Made by a program: the position numbers and the translations under genes | Shown: in pieces, positions 12,070 through 24,239 of the stretch | How positions within the stretch are numbered: the stretch's first letter is position 1 | Layout: every line of letters begins with the position of its first letter | Assembly: GCA_964016885.1 (NCBI GenBank) | Contig: OZ024747.1 | Coordinates: forward strand, 87,792,001-87,856,000 | Length of the DNA: 64,000 nucleotides | DNA from: Eledone cirrhosa | Taxonomy: Eukaryota | Direction of reading: 5' to 3' | Notes under the pieces: model-generated | The model's input: only the letters and a program-made list of their open reading frames with translations | What the model was told of the DNA's origin: nothing | The model's database searches: none

Positions 12070-13560
12070 AAGTCAGCAGCAGTGCAGTAAGGCAATTAAG
12101 GATGTGAAGACTGGGAAATCAGCCAGTCCATCAGGGATAGTTGCTGAGATACTGAAAGCATCAGGGTCGGTGAGTCACACCTTAACCACTCGTATTGTAA
12201 ACCAAGTAATACTAAATGGTGTTATACCAAATGACTGGTGCAGCAGCATCATTGCCAACTGCTTCAAGAGTAAATGAGATACACTAGATAAAGGAAACTA
12301 TAGAGGCATCAATAGTAGTAATATTTACATTAAATTTACCTTAAAATCTTCAAATATATGCTGTCTTCAAATATTTATTTTATATATAGGTATATCATCA
12401 TATATATTATAAATATTTCTTAAATAATAAGATTGATTTACAAAATATATTAACTGCTGTAAAGATGTATATAGTTATATATTACAATCACTTTCATTAG
12501 ATGTCTCCCAAATACTACAACATTCCAGTTGCATGGAAGGCTCCCTAGTTGTTGTTAACAGCTTTTGTTACTTAAGTGACCTAATCAGCAATGGAAAAGG
12601 ATGTTCTGAAAGTGTAGTAACTAGAGTAAGAATAGATTGGAAGAGGTTTAGGGAGCTAGTACCTCTGTTGATAGCAAAGGGTTTCCTTCTCAAAATAAAA
12701 GGTAGACTGTATGGTGCCTGCACATAGATGCCAATGCTACATGGCAGTGTGACTTGGTGTTGTCTGCAGAAGATTTGTAATGAAGCGAGTGTTCTCCAAT
12801 GCATGTGTAATGTTAGTGTGCATGAATGATGTAGCATAAGTGAGCTGAGAGAAAAACTCAGCATGAAAGGAATTAGTTAAAGTGTGCAAGAGAGAAAATT
12901 GCATTGGTATGGATATATGATGTATATGGTAGATGACATGTGTATAACAAAGCACAGAAATCTCAGTGGATGGGACTCATAGAGGAGACAGACACGGGAA
13001 GGCTTGGAATGAGGTAGTTAAGATTGATCATAGGAAGCTGTATCTCATGAGAGAGATGACAAAGGATTGCAAGGATTGGTGTCATGCAGAACTGGAGAAA
13101 AATTGCCTACCAGTATAAAAATGTGAGTGACCTGATCCCTGCACCACCATTGCTACTTAGTAACTAATCCCACTATCACTGTACCCTCAATTATACCAAG
13201 TATCACTCCCACCCATTTTTAAATCGCAAAATATCAGTCTTAGTTTTAGTAGCTGTTTGCACTTTCACTGTACCACACTTCTATCAAGGATCATCTCTTT
13301 CCAATATCCTCTTTCCTCTCTCACATCACCTTGCCAACTCCCACCACACATCACACCTTTGAACCCCACAACACTTGTCATATGACCATGACATTACACG
13401 TGTCATCCTCCCCTCACTCATGTCATCAAGACTACCACCCTTCTTACCTCCCTCATCCTATTTCCTCACACAAACACAGCCCACTTGAAACAATTCATCC
13501 TCCTCTCATAGTTAAGTCAATGACAACAACCCCTCTAGTGCTGGTGCCATGAAAAATACC
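12070..13560 (+). mobile_element. Degraded RTE LINE interrupted by an AT-rich segment (~12311-12520)
   Basis: AIKDVKTGKSASPSGIVAEILKA..IPNDWCSSII; VVNSFCYLSDLIS...KGRLYGAC; homologous to 43033-43575. Confidence 0.8.
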
Positions 13561-14020
13561 TTTTTTACCTATATATATATATATATACTGTATATGGGTA
13601 AAGAGTGGAGTTAAAATATATTTCATAAGGTCAAGTACTCGGGTGGAAATATAGATAAGTTTTAAAATGCTGTGAACTGATTAAGGAACATGAGTCAGTG
13701 AAATGACATTACAGCTGAAGAATTTTTGATATACAAACATCTATGATGTGTAAAAGCATTTGAAATAATCTTAGGCTTTTCCCCATTAACACGTATACAT
13801 GCATACACTAAAATAATCCATAAATAACTATGTAAATTGGAATTTTTTTTTCGAAATTTATTTTACAAGATAAAATATATTAGTTGAATGAGAAATGTGT
13901 TTATTAAGAACAAGAAGTGTCTATGATAAGTATTCATGCCCAAATGTTTTGAAATATTGATTTCCAGCATTGACACAGGTATACACACCTATGAAAGACA
14001 TTGTACAGTTGAGTAGGCCA

Positions 14021-14230
14021 GGTCACTCACTTTAGTGTTATTGGTAACAAATAATCCAGTACAACCTGCTACATTATCAGGTTATCAGTGACTAAACTTC
14101 ACTTGATGAGGATGTGTGTGTGTGTATGGAGGGATGGATGGGCCAAAAGCTAGATTAGCCCAGCATAGTGCCAATGAACATCTAGCATCACAGCAAAACA
14201 TCCTTCTAGATGGAATGTCCCAGAGTACAG
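14021..14230 (+). mobile_element. Second copy of the structured 5'-UTR-like repeat
   Basis: Homologous to 840-1140 (-). Confidence 0.5.
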
Positions 14231-14379
14231 GAATAGAGGGGCACAACATTTTCTCTTGCCTACAATACCTGTTAATTAAGCTAGGGCATTAAAATTATAT
14301 TTGGCCATGGGTGCCAAGAGTCCTTATTATGCACTGAGTGATACACTAGATATGTGCAACATAATGAATAATTTCTTTC

Positions 14380-14805
14380 TAATATTGATACAAGGCCAGC
14401 AATTTGGGGAAAGGAGAAAGTTGATTTATCGATCCAATACTTAACTTGTTCTTTGTCTTATTGATCTTAGAAGGATGAAAGGCAAAGTTGACCATGGCGG
14501 CATTTGAACTCAGAACATAGAAAATTGTAGCTCAATACCACAAAGCATTTTATCTGATGCTCTACCAATATTGCCAATCTACTACTTTTAATAATGGTTT
14601 CTAATTTAGGCACAAGGCCAGCAATTTTGAGGAGAGGGGAAAGTCAATTAAGCTGACTCCAGACTTGGCTGGTGCTTTATTTTATTGACCCTGGAAGGAT
14701 GAAACTAAAGTTGATTTCAGCAAGATTTGAACTCAGAATATAAAGCCAAAACAAATACCACAAAGCATTTTATCTGATGCTCTAACAATTCTGTTAATCC
14801 ACCAT
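14380..14805 (-). mobile_element. Two tandem older SINE copies (long subfamily)
   Basis: CACAAGGCCAGCAATT...AAGGATGAAAGGCAAAG...TTTGAACTCAGAA occurs twice. Confidence 0.75.
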
Positions 14806-14829
14806 GCTAACATAATGAACAACAGCAAC

Positions 14830-15380
14830 AACTCTGGGTAAAAAGCGGAAATAAGTTTGATTTTAGCTGTACAGGATCAATGCTTAGCCACAAATAACTA
14901 TACAAACAAAATAATGAAAAAGAAGGCTAACATTTAGTGCAAACTATGCATTCAGGACAATAAGACAATTGACCACATAATTTCTAACTGTCCAGTCTTT
15001 GCCAAATCCAAGTATATCCACAGGCATGATCAAGTTAGTAGCTATGTTCACAGGCAATATGCCAACACTTTGACATGAAAACATAAGAAATGATATGAAC
15101 ATGTACCAAACATGGCACATGACAACGATTATGTCCCAATCATCTCGGACATCTCTGTCTAGACTGACAAAGAGATTATGACAAACCATTATGAACAGAA
15201 AGAGAAATTAAAATCTAAACATTCCTTCAGACTAAAACATTGCCCAGGAGATCAAAAATGTATCAAAGTATGTAAGTAAAAACAGTACCAAATTGGAAAC
15301 CTAGATATGATTAAAAAAAACATGAACAAAAATATTTTAAAAACATATATCAGAGTACACAGCTTTACAAAGGAACCCTT
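14830..15380 (+). mobile_element. R4/Dong-like (RLE) non-LTR retrotransposon 3' remnant
   Basis: SLILAVQDQCLATNNY and KLCIQDNKTIDHIISNCPVFAKSKYIHRHDQV (CCHC knuckle plus RHD motif). Confidence 0.75.
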
Positions 15381-15690
15381 TAAAACAGGTGATTTTGTTT
15401 CATAATCGCTGAAGCAGTTTTGGGTGGGTTGGTATCAAAAGGGTTAAATACTTCTGCCAATTACAAATAATACAAACTATTACAAAATTTATGGTTATTT
15501 AAACATGAAGCAGAATTGTTTTTAAGAGAATGGAAATGGGATGGTGTGATGTCCAAGTTTTTGAAGGACCATTAACAAGGCAAATGAAGTGAAATGATTG
15601 AAACTTAAAATGGAAACCAAGTTTTATCACCAACAATTCAGCAAAGTACCATTTGCTCAATAGTTAATATTAGAAGCATAATTGACAACA

Positions 15691-16011
15691 TTTAACCCTT
15701 GTATGGGTGCCTTTCTAAAGAAACTTTGTATTTTAATTATTTAATCTAGATATTGTAGTAAAGATTTACTAAGTTACTTATTTCCTTATTAAGATGGTAT
15801 TTGTAATATAATTGTTTCTACTTTAGGCACAAGGCCAGCAATTACCCAGTGCATTACTGGTACTTTATTTTATCAACCCCGTAAGGATGAAAGGCAAAGT
15901 CAATATATCAAATAATGTTCGAAGGTTTCAATTTATGTAGAAACCTCTTAAAATGGCAGTGGGGGATTTGTTTCATAGAACCAAAGGTGGGTTGTTATCA
16001 AAAGGGTTTAA
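15691..16011. mobile_element. TTAA-CCC (piggyBac-like) MITE containing a partial SINE
   Basis: TTAACCCTT ... ATCAAAAGGGTTTAA ends; related fragments near 6026, 15440, 32630, 34360, 50845, 52470, 61120. Confidence 0.5.
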
Positions 16012-17249
16012 ATAATCTACACTGTAATGATTGATTATAAGAAGGACTGAATAAAAGAGGAAGGAATGAACAGATGAGACATTGAATATGTAAGTCACAG
16101 CACAGCAACCCCTCCAGGTAGGCAGTAACTTCAAATGGAAATTGATATAAAGTGGAGGGACACTACATTCCTGTTATGGAATATCTCTTTAATACTGATG
16201 GCAGATATAAAATATACCCAGTCCCTGAAGTAAAGTAGTGGTAATAGGAAGGGCATACAACTAAAAAACTCTATTCCAAACAAAAAGGAAGACACAAACA
16301 GAGATAAGGTGGATTCTGTGAGCCACAGCACAGACAATCTGTCTAGGAGAGTAGTAATTTTGAATAAGAATTCCATTTCATGATGTAAAAGAAGGTTTGG
16401 TTAATTTGGAGGAATGAGCAGGAATATTATCATATTGGTACATTGCCAGTCTGGAATGAATAAACTAATGTATAAAGGGAAGATCTTTTTTGTAGATGTT
16501 CTTCATAGTTATTTAGCCTCTGGCCAATCCTGATTCAGCAGACATATCTTCAAAAGCATTCCAGCAATGACCATCCCATCTATTTTATGAGTTATCCTAT
16601 GTCTAATATTACATTATCAAATATATGGACACAGGTATGATTGAATGGCTGAGAAATTCACTTTGCAATTATAAAGTCTCACTTTCAATCCCATTTTACT
16701 ATAGTTTCAGGTCAACCCAAACTTCCTGAGTGAAATAAGAAACTGTGTGGAAGCCTATGTGATGGATTGTACCTGTAATTCAAAGGTCTAACTTTCACAT
16801 ATACTGATTTGACTTAGGAATTACATTATGGGTACACATGTTTGTGGAATACTGAATCTCTGACATGTTAATTTATAAGTTAGATGTTTAGTTAATCAAA
16901 CAACTGAATGTTCATCATCAAAATGACAGAGGATCCATCATCATCATTACCTAATGTGGTCTTAGATATTTTTAAGGCAGTATGATATGAATTAAGGGAG
17001 ATTTGGCTGTTATTTCTAGTAGGCCATGGAATAACATAGAGACTCCCTTGTTGGCTTGTTTTGTAAAAGTTCTTCATTGCCGTTGTGCAATCTAACACCA
17101 GTCTGTATCAAGTAGACCTACAATCAAAGGCCTTCGAATTCTGATTGTCCCATCTTTTTATGTTTTTTTGTATTTAGTACAGTTATCCAATGTGTCTTTC
17201 CCTTATTTTTAAGACGGTAGGGTGTGATTTAGCCAATCAAAAAACAATA

Positions 17250-17910
17250 TAGACTTCACAATGACTCATGTTCTTCATATTGTGCAGTGACACTTTCATC
17301 ACAGAGAATGCGCAGTTGACCACTTTAACTAATGAAATACCTCCAGATTATTATACAATAGCAACAAACATTTTAAGGTCATTTTCACTACTAAAGCAGC
17401 AATTAGCTTCACAACATGGGATCCTTTTGGAGGCAATGTTGTACAGTTGGATGTTCTTACTGGTGCTGACTTTTTTAGTCACCTTTTGTTATGCATGAAT
17501 ATTGTATACCTCCAAATTTTTCGATATTTGTCTGTAATTTTCCCAGAATATTTTCTTTGGTCTTCCCAGAAATCTTTGATGAGCAAAATCTTAATTTATT
17601 TGAGAAGATAATGTTTTTGAAGAAATCACTTTCTGTCATCTATGTTTTTTTTCATATACTTTTTGAAATCCAGGGCAGAAACTCTACGAGAAGTTTTGAA
17701 TTCTTGCCAGGCCAGTACCTTCTAGATAAATGTTTTACCTGGCATATATATAATGAAATTATTTTGATAAGGGAGCTTTTATGGTTTAGGCTGAGGAAGA
17801 ACTCTGAGAGGGGTGGGAGAAATGTTGGATAGAAATGAAAACCAGATCCAAATATTTGGAAGAGTAGACTCCACTAAAAGTACCCAAAGGTCAGGTAGTG
17901 GTGTTAAACT
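17250..17910. mobile_element. Highly degraded Tc1/mariner-like transposase fragments
   Basis: Minus: SDFFKNIIFSNKLRF (IFSDE-like); plus: RVDSTKSTQRSGSG (GSGRP-like). Confidence 0.35.
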
Positions 17911-18267
17911 GAGTGGTAGATTAAGTCTACCAGCCACTCAAGAACAAATAGAGTCTATGCAATATAGTTTCCACCTACTCAATTTTATGCACCAGGCATA
18001 GGTGAACCTGTACATATGATATACAACACTTATGCCAAGTGCCATACAGTGGGATTGAACCCTGAACTACATGTATCTAATGCAAACATCTTAACCACAA
18101 GGCCATGATAGTGATCTCATTTGATGTTAGTTTCTAGAACCTTTCTTATTGTTGAACTCTGTGAACTATTCTCCAAATGGTAGCTAATAGAATATCTAAT
18201 TTTCTTTTCTTCAGGTTCTTTTTTATGGTCCTCAAGTTTTATGATCATTATTACCAAGAGAGGGGAG

Positions 18268-18500
18268 GTATGCAGCCTAGTGGTTTAGGTTTTTGGGCTT
18301 ACAATCATAAGACCCCAAACAAGCAGTCACATTGTGTCCTTGAATGAGACTCTTTATTTCACATTGATCCAGTTCACTCAGCTGAAAACAAGTACCAGCA
18401 ACAGCTGGGAGTTAGTTTTGCAGCAGACTGGCATCCTGTCTTTTACTTTATGCCATTGAATGCCCACAAAAGCAGGATAAGCTCCGGCCTTTGTCTAACC
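18268..18500 (+). mobile_element. Second tRNA-derived SINE family
   Basis: GCAGCCTAGTGGTT head and GTCCTTGA..AGAC..TTTCACATTG core; copies at 29080-29270, 61895-62095, 63620-63860. Confidence 0.6.
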
Positions 18501-19709
18501 CATACAAACATGGAAAAACTGATGTAAAATGATAATGCTAATTCTAACTAGATCTCTCCCTGAAAGGTGATAGATGTTTACTTCGTTTTATTACAAAACA
18601 TAGAAATATTTCATAAAAATAAGGACTCATGAAAGAAATTTGAACAAAAATGGAAATGAGAGAACAATAATTGAGATTTAAAAAAAAAAAGAAATAAAGT
18701 AAAAAATAGAAATATAATACTGAAAAGTAAAAAAATAAATAAAAGATTTAAATAATCTTAGAAGAATTCTATATGAAATTTTGCCTTTTTAAAAAATGAA
18801 GTATGAGGCTTGTGTTTGATTGTTCTTATCTTGTTTGTGTGAATGAATGTTTTTTTTTGTTATTTTGTTATGAGGGTGTCAAAAAAGAGGGTCAGTACTC
18901 ATAACCTTTGCAGGCTCTCCCAGACTGGTGAGATTGATATAGTTGATGTTTAGTTTCAACATTTATCAGTCAATATCAGTAGAAAAAGCATTAAGTAAGA
19001 GACAATGTCAAAGACCATGAAGCTAACACTCAACACAAACAATCTGGTCCCTATTCCTAACAACTATGTGAACTGAGACATCCATACTTTAGAATATGAC
19101 TCCAAAATATAATAGACTGAAGAAAGATGTTCAAAAATAATTGAAGATATAGTTAATATGAAGCATTGTGAGATATACAATAAAAGACTGATAAGTTTCA
19201 AAAAGCTGGTAAAATGTGATAGAAAATATAAAGGGCAAATGATGACAAATAAAAGAAAACATGTTTTACCCAGTATATTTCAACATGATATTTCATGGCT
19301 ATTAACCTTTTTTTCAAATGTGGAGCTGAAACAGTTCAAAACAAAACAAATGATCGATATGTTCTTCCTTAACTGGCTTACATGCCTGAAATACGCATGC
19401 ACGAAGTCGTTAGAGTAAATCAATTGTTTACCCAGTCCGCACTGAAAAGTGTCTTGACAAAAAGCACCAAGTCCACACTGTAAAGTGGTCATGTGGGCAT
19501 CATGAAAAAAGCACCCAGTTCTCACTCTAAATGAGGTTGGCATTAGGAAGAGCATCCAGCTGTAGAAACCAAGCCAAAATCAATTCTGTATGAGCAAGTC
19601 ATGGTCACCTTATCTGGCATTGCTCACAACAGGACAACTCGACTAATCCATACTAGTGTGGAAAAATGAACGTTAAATGGTGATGACGATGATATGCTTA
19701 GAAAATCTC

Positions 19710-19929
19710 GAATGCAGAAAATAACTGTGAACACAGTTGATTGCTATAAAAATAGCTTTGAAAATCAGGTAAAATACCCCTATAGACATAAAAAGTGGCT
19801 AGTAGTTGCTACAGAAAAATGAACTCTTAGGGCTGCTGGTCACTTTTTCCATTTGTAGGGGCATTTTACCTTATTTTCTAAGTCATTATTTATAGCTATT
19901 AGATGTGTTCACAGTTATTTCCTGCATTC
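19710..19929. mobile_element. Fold-back MITE-like element (~95-bp imperfect inverted arms)
   Basis: GAATGCAGAAAATAACTGTGAACACA...AGGTAAAATACCCCTA versus TAGGGGCATTTTACCT...TGTGTTCACAGTTATTTCCTGCATTC. Confidence 0.75.
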
Positions 19930-20039
19930 TGCATTTTGGCTACAGTAAAAATACAGTTTGAAGATTATCAAATTTATAATATGTTTGATTGATTTTGAAA
20001 AAGTATTGGTTTCTAACTTAGACACAAAGCCTCAGACTA

Positions 20040-20260
20040 TCTATCTATCTAGGGCAGGTAAAATTCCCAAGATCCATGGACAAGTTCTCTCCAGTGGTGT
20101 CTGTCTTTCATCATCGTCACCATGTACGTCTCCGAGAGACCAGTGTCTGTCTTTAGGGCATCAACATATGCCATCTTCAGTCTCCCTCTTCCAGTGTGTC
20201 CGCGTACGGGCTCCCACAGGACAGACTACACTGTAGCGACGAAGAGACAGATCTTCAGGT
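20040..20260 (-). mobile_element. RTE LINE 3' end fragment
   Basis: Minus frame VLWEPVRGHTGRGRLKMAYVDALKTDTGL...MKDRHHWRELV. Confidence 0.7.
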
Positions 20261-20884
20261 CTTTACAAAGGTCCAACTTCCACACCAACCTCAAATTGTG
20301 ACACAGCTCAGGCTTTGCCCTTCCTCTCCACCACATTATCCTCTGTGTTCCCAATCTTTGCTCCCTCAAACTATGGGAAAGGATAAAGAGAGAGTACTGT
20401 TGACCACTGTACTTGATTGCTACATATGTTTTCTCCTTTGGAAACAAGAAATATAAAGTTACCTCTGGCAGAATTTTAACACAGAAATGTATAAGTATGC
20501 AACTAAATCCACAAGGTACTACTAAGTCTGCCATGATTCAATTGTTCACCCCTCCAGAACCAATAAAATATGTTGACCAAAAGATCTAAACTTAAAAGAG
20601 AAAGCTTTGTGTTGTATCATCATTCTATGTCCATTTTTCCATGCTGGAATCAGTTTCATATGTTATTCTACACCAAGTCAGTACTGTCCTCCAATCCACA
20701 TATTGTTTACTTATATTACAGTTTTCAACAGCTGGATACCTTCCCTATCCAATGCCAGCTATTTTACAGAGTGTAGTAGGTACATTTTGTCATGTTGCCA
20801 GAATTAGAGAGTTTGTCATGTCCTTGACATGACTAAAGAGTTTTTTCAACCTTTTATTTAGTATACTGTACACAGCTTGATTCA

Positions 20885-21052
20885 CTTCCTAATGACAGCC
20901 ACTTTATTTGCAGATTGTAATAAATAAAGATTGCAGATTCAATCCCAAACAGGAAAACATGAAGATGTCTACTTTTGTGTTAACCGCATTTTTATTGCCA
21001 GGTGGCTCCAATTCCTCTTCTGTTGCAATGGGCCCTTCTCAGCTCTAGCTTA
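20885..21052 (-). other. Candidate terminal exon of the minus-strand 5'TOP transcript
   Basis: TTTTCAG acceptor (AG at 21054-21053), non-repetitive sequence, AATAAA at 20996-20991 and 20908-20903. Confidence 0.35.
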
Positions 21053-21595
21053 CTGAAAATTATATTATTTCTGCCTCTTAACTTTAATGACTACAATTAG
21101 GCATCCAATACTTGTTTCAATGATACATTCACAAATTTTAGATACAATAAAAATATATATTATTATTGGTATTACCAATGGTAACATTTCTAAAATACAC
21201 TGTTTTGAGGAATTTAACTAAAATAATTAATTATGTCATTATTAAGGTGATATTTGTAATATAACAAAAGATTCTTGTATCAAATTATTTTGGAAAATTT
21301 TAATTTGGATATAAACATTTTAGAATGAGCAGCTTTATATCATAAAACTTTAGGTGGTTTGAGGTAAGTTGGTATAACTTTCATTATTAATATTTGTATG
21401 TCTGAATTTCTATGCTTGCTTGGGTTGCACAATTGATAAGCTGTACTTAGTTTTGGCTAATTTTTTTTATTTTATGGCTGGAGGCCTATCTTATCACCAA
21501 CCACTTTACAGCATGTACTGGGTGCATTTTATCATGTCACCAACACTAGAAATGTTGTCTGGTAGGAATATTTTAACACCTCATACATATATATA

Positions 21596-21672
21596 CAGGG
21601 TGTCCACAAAAATGTATACACATATTTATTAGAATGATGTTGACGTGTGTATACATTTTTTAGAACACCCTG
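21596..21672. mobile_element. 77-bp Tc1/mariner MITE
   Basis: TA-CAGGGTGTCCACAAAAATGTATACAC ... GTGTATACATTTTTTAGAACACCCTG-TA. Confidence 0.85.
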
Positions 21673-23112
21673 TATTTATAAGAAATAACAATAAACCCAT
21701 TTTGGCGTGTTTTCTAAAAAATAAAAAGTTTTTTAGCTGACCCATAGACTTTCTACTTAACAATGACAGTCATATGAGAAGTAGAACAAGAATTATAATC
21801 AGAGCTTGGAGATTAAAAAGAACACAATACATTAAGAAAACAGCTTCATTCAGTAATAGCTGAAGATTATGAAAATTATAAACGAGAGAATTATTACTAC
21901 AGTTATTGCTCCCACCAAAATAGCAGTAGGTACAAAATGACCCAAAATCAAGATGTTTCATTAAAAATCAGTTTTCTACTTGTATAATGTTATAGTTTGT
22001 ATCTTTTCCTTTTATGTTCTAATAACTCCCTTTCCTAACCAGAAACTAGACACTCGCTCGAAATGGAACTAGTCCTTTTAAAGTCATTTATTCAAGAGAG
22101 AGAAAGAGATGGGGGAGGGTTAAGATGTTTAACTATTTCAGTGATTCAAACCATCAGAACGGTTTAAAAACTTGACTGTCAGGGTTATATATATATATAT
22201 ATACAGAGAGAGAGAGAGAGAGAGAGTTTTGATATATATTAATTAATTCATTTTCAGTATATATTTTTATTCCGTTTTGGGGGCTTTATAAAGGAGAATT
22301 ATATTCGTCTGCTGCAATAGACTTATGTCTGTTTCTTTGTCACCAAGTGTCATACTACCCCAGAGAAAATGTCAGTTTGATCCACTTCAATCTGTTTAAA
22401 TTATGAAAATACCAGACATGTGGGTGTCTAAGTTACGCGAGAAAGAGGATTTATTTACGAGTGACTAATTCCCAGAACAATATCCTGTTTAAGATAAATA
22501 TTTTACTTGTGTTTTTAGAAAATGTAATAAAATTTACAATAATAGCAAACATATAAATAAATAAAAATATACTTCAGCAAATGTTATAGATGATTATATT
22601 TTGAAGGCATTAAAAAGATGACAGTATTGTCACTGGTGGATATTAGCACATATATTATAGCTTTCCAAGAATCTAAATATTATTCGACTGGCGTGACAAA
22701 AAAGAAAAGAAAGAAAAATGAGTTTATATATTAATTATCGATCGTGTTCATATGTTAGAAGCAATAAGGAATTCCAACTTGGTATTTTAAAATAATGAAA
22801 AGAAAATTAAGCATGAATTATTTAAAAGTATAAAGAATTTAAAATGGAGTGTTGTGGTGTTCATTATTTTCCTAAGGCATTAATGATAAAAGAGAAGCGA
22901 TTGTAATATTAAAGAGAATTAACAACTACGTAATCATTGAAAAAGAAAAAAAAAACAAAGGTTTGTAATAACAAGAAGTGAGTACTGAAGTATAATTATT
23001 ATACGGTATTAGTAGTGACAGACAGACGGAAATAAAGACGAGGTGAAAGAATGAAAGAACGTGGGGACGAAAAGGGTGTTCACCAAGGCGACCGATAAAG
23101 GACCTATGCTTA

Positions 23113-23120
23113 TGACGTCA
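23113..23120. promoter_or_regulatory. Consensus CRE site within an extended palindrome
   Basis: TGACGTCA within TGCTTATGACGTCATAGCA. Confidence 0.45.
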
Positions 23121-23631
23121 TAGCAGTAAACGCATGACATCGACTGAATAATTCGGTGATGGGCCTTTTTTCAAAAGGGGATAGCAGACAGAAAAATGAA
23201 TGAGGAAACAAGAATTTTAGCAGGTCAACTTGTCACAGGTCACTCTGATACATCGTTCTTAGAATTGAATTAAGTCTTTCCCTCGCGCGCGCGCACATAT
23301 ACACACACTCATACAGAATATATGCTGTGAATACAGTCAAAGTGAGGTAATCTATTAAAACGCAGTTATTTAAGAATGTCTTCATTCTGACTTAATAACT
23401 GCAAATATTTTTTTTTTCAACGATGGGCGCCATGTGACATATCAGCTGCAATCAGTTAATCGAGTTAACAAACAATATTAATAGGTCTATGGATATTGTC
23501 AATAACATTGACATTTTTAGTTTGCTTTTTCTTGCGTAAACGGTTCGTTGCAGTTGTAACTGAAACATGGCAGCTGCTTCGGAGAACTAGAAATTGTGGT
23601 ATATAAGCAAGCTGTCATGGAGAAAACTTAC

Positions 23632-23666
23632 CATTAATGATGCCTAGTGCGAAGGATGCCGGAAAG
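23632..23666 (-). other. Candidate first exon of a 5'TOP (TCT-promoter) transcript divergent from the MAP1 gene
   Basis: Minus: t-CTTTCCGGCATCCTTCGCACTAGGCATCATTAATG|GTAAGT; TCT motif YC+1TTTYY, perfect donor, YY1-like GCCATGTTT ~60 nt into the intron. Confidence 0.55.
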
Positions 23667-24239
23667 ACTGCACGATAAAAGCTTGAAGGGCGGTACCGCA
23701 CTTGTTTTAAGTTAACTACATACATACACACACACACAACTAGCTATTTGGAAATGTTTTTTAGATTTCCAACATTTTACAATTATAAAAAGATATACGA
23801 TGATAAAATTATAAAAACAACTTTTAATCGTTTACAAATTATTACCACCTAATTAACAAATGAGGAACTTACACACGATATATTTTCTTACGATCAAATA
23901 AAGTACCGTTCGTTTGTTTTTACTAAATAAATAATACAAGTATAGGCTAATAACTTCTGTCTTATGTGCTTAAATGTATGCATGTGATGTATATATTTAT
24001 ATACATAAATATATATATACAGAGATATTACGATATCTACCTCGAGTTCTGTTCTATGCCGGTCACAACGGGAGCGATATACACGATATAGTGTCACTTC
24101 TTACGCTTTCTCTGATTGGTGCATGCTGGCGTGATGCAAGTGCTGGTTAGAAATGAACCAATCAAAGAAGGCGAAAGTAAAAGTTACAACTGAACCTAGC
24201 TAATCGGTAAATAACCAGCCGCAAGCATCTTGCCATTCT
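23667..24239. promoter_or_regulatory. Putative bidirectional promoter
   Basis: CpG-retaining; inverted CCAAT boxes at 24115-24119 and 24158-24162; several CGATA motifs; lies between two divergent first exons. Confidence 0.55.

Noticed and set aside
16131-16470. Possible transposase or RT remnant (DNIPAHSSKLTK)
   Set aside because: Single short motif, too degraded to assign
22320-22400. H/ACA snoRNA on the minus strand (hairpin followed by ACAUAA)
   Set aside because: No ANANNA H box or 5' hairpin at the proper spacing, and the upper stem is weak
21053-23631. C/D snoRNAs or ribosomal-protein exons in the TOP transcript
   Set aside because: No RUGAUGA...CUGA pair with a terminal stem found, and no recognisable ribosomal-protein coding sequence in any frame I read
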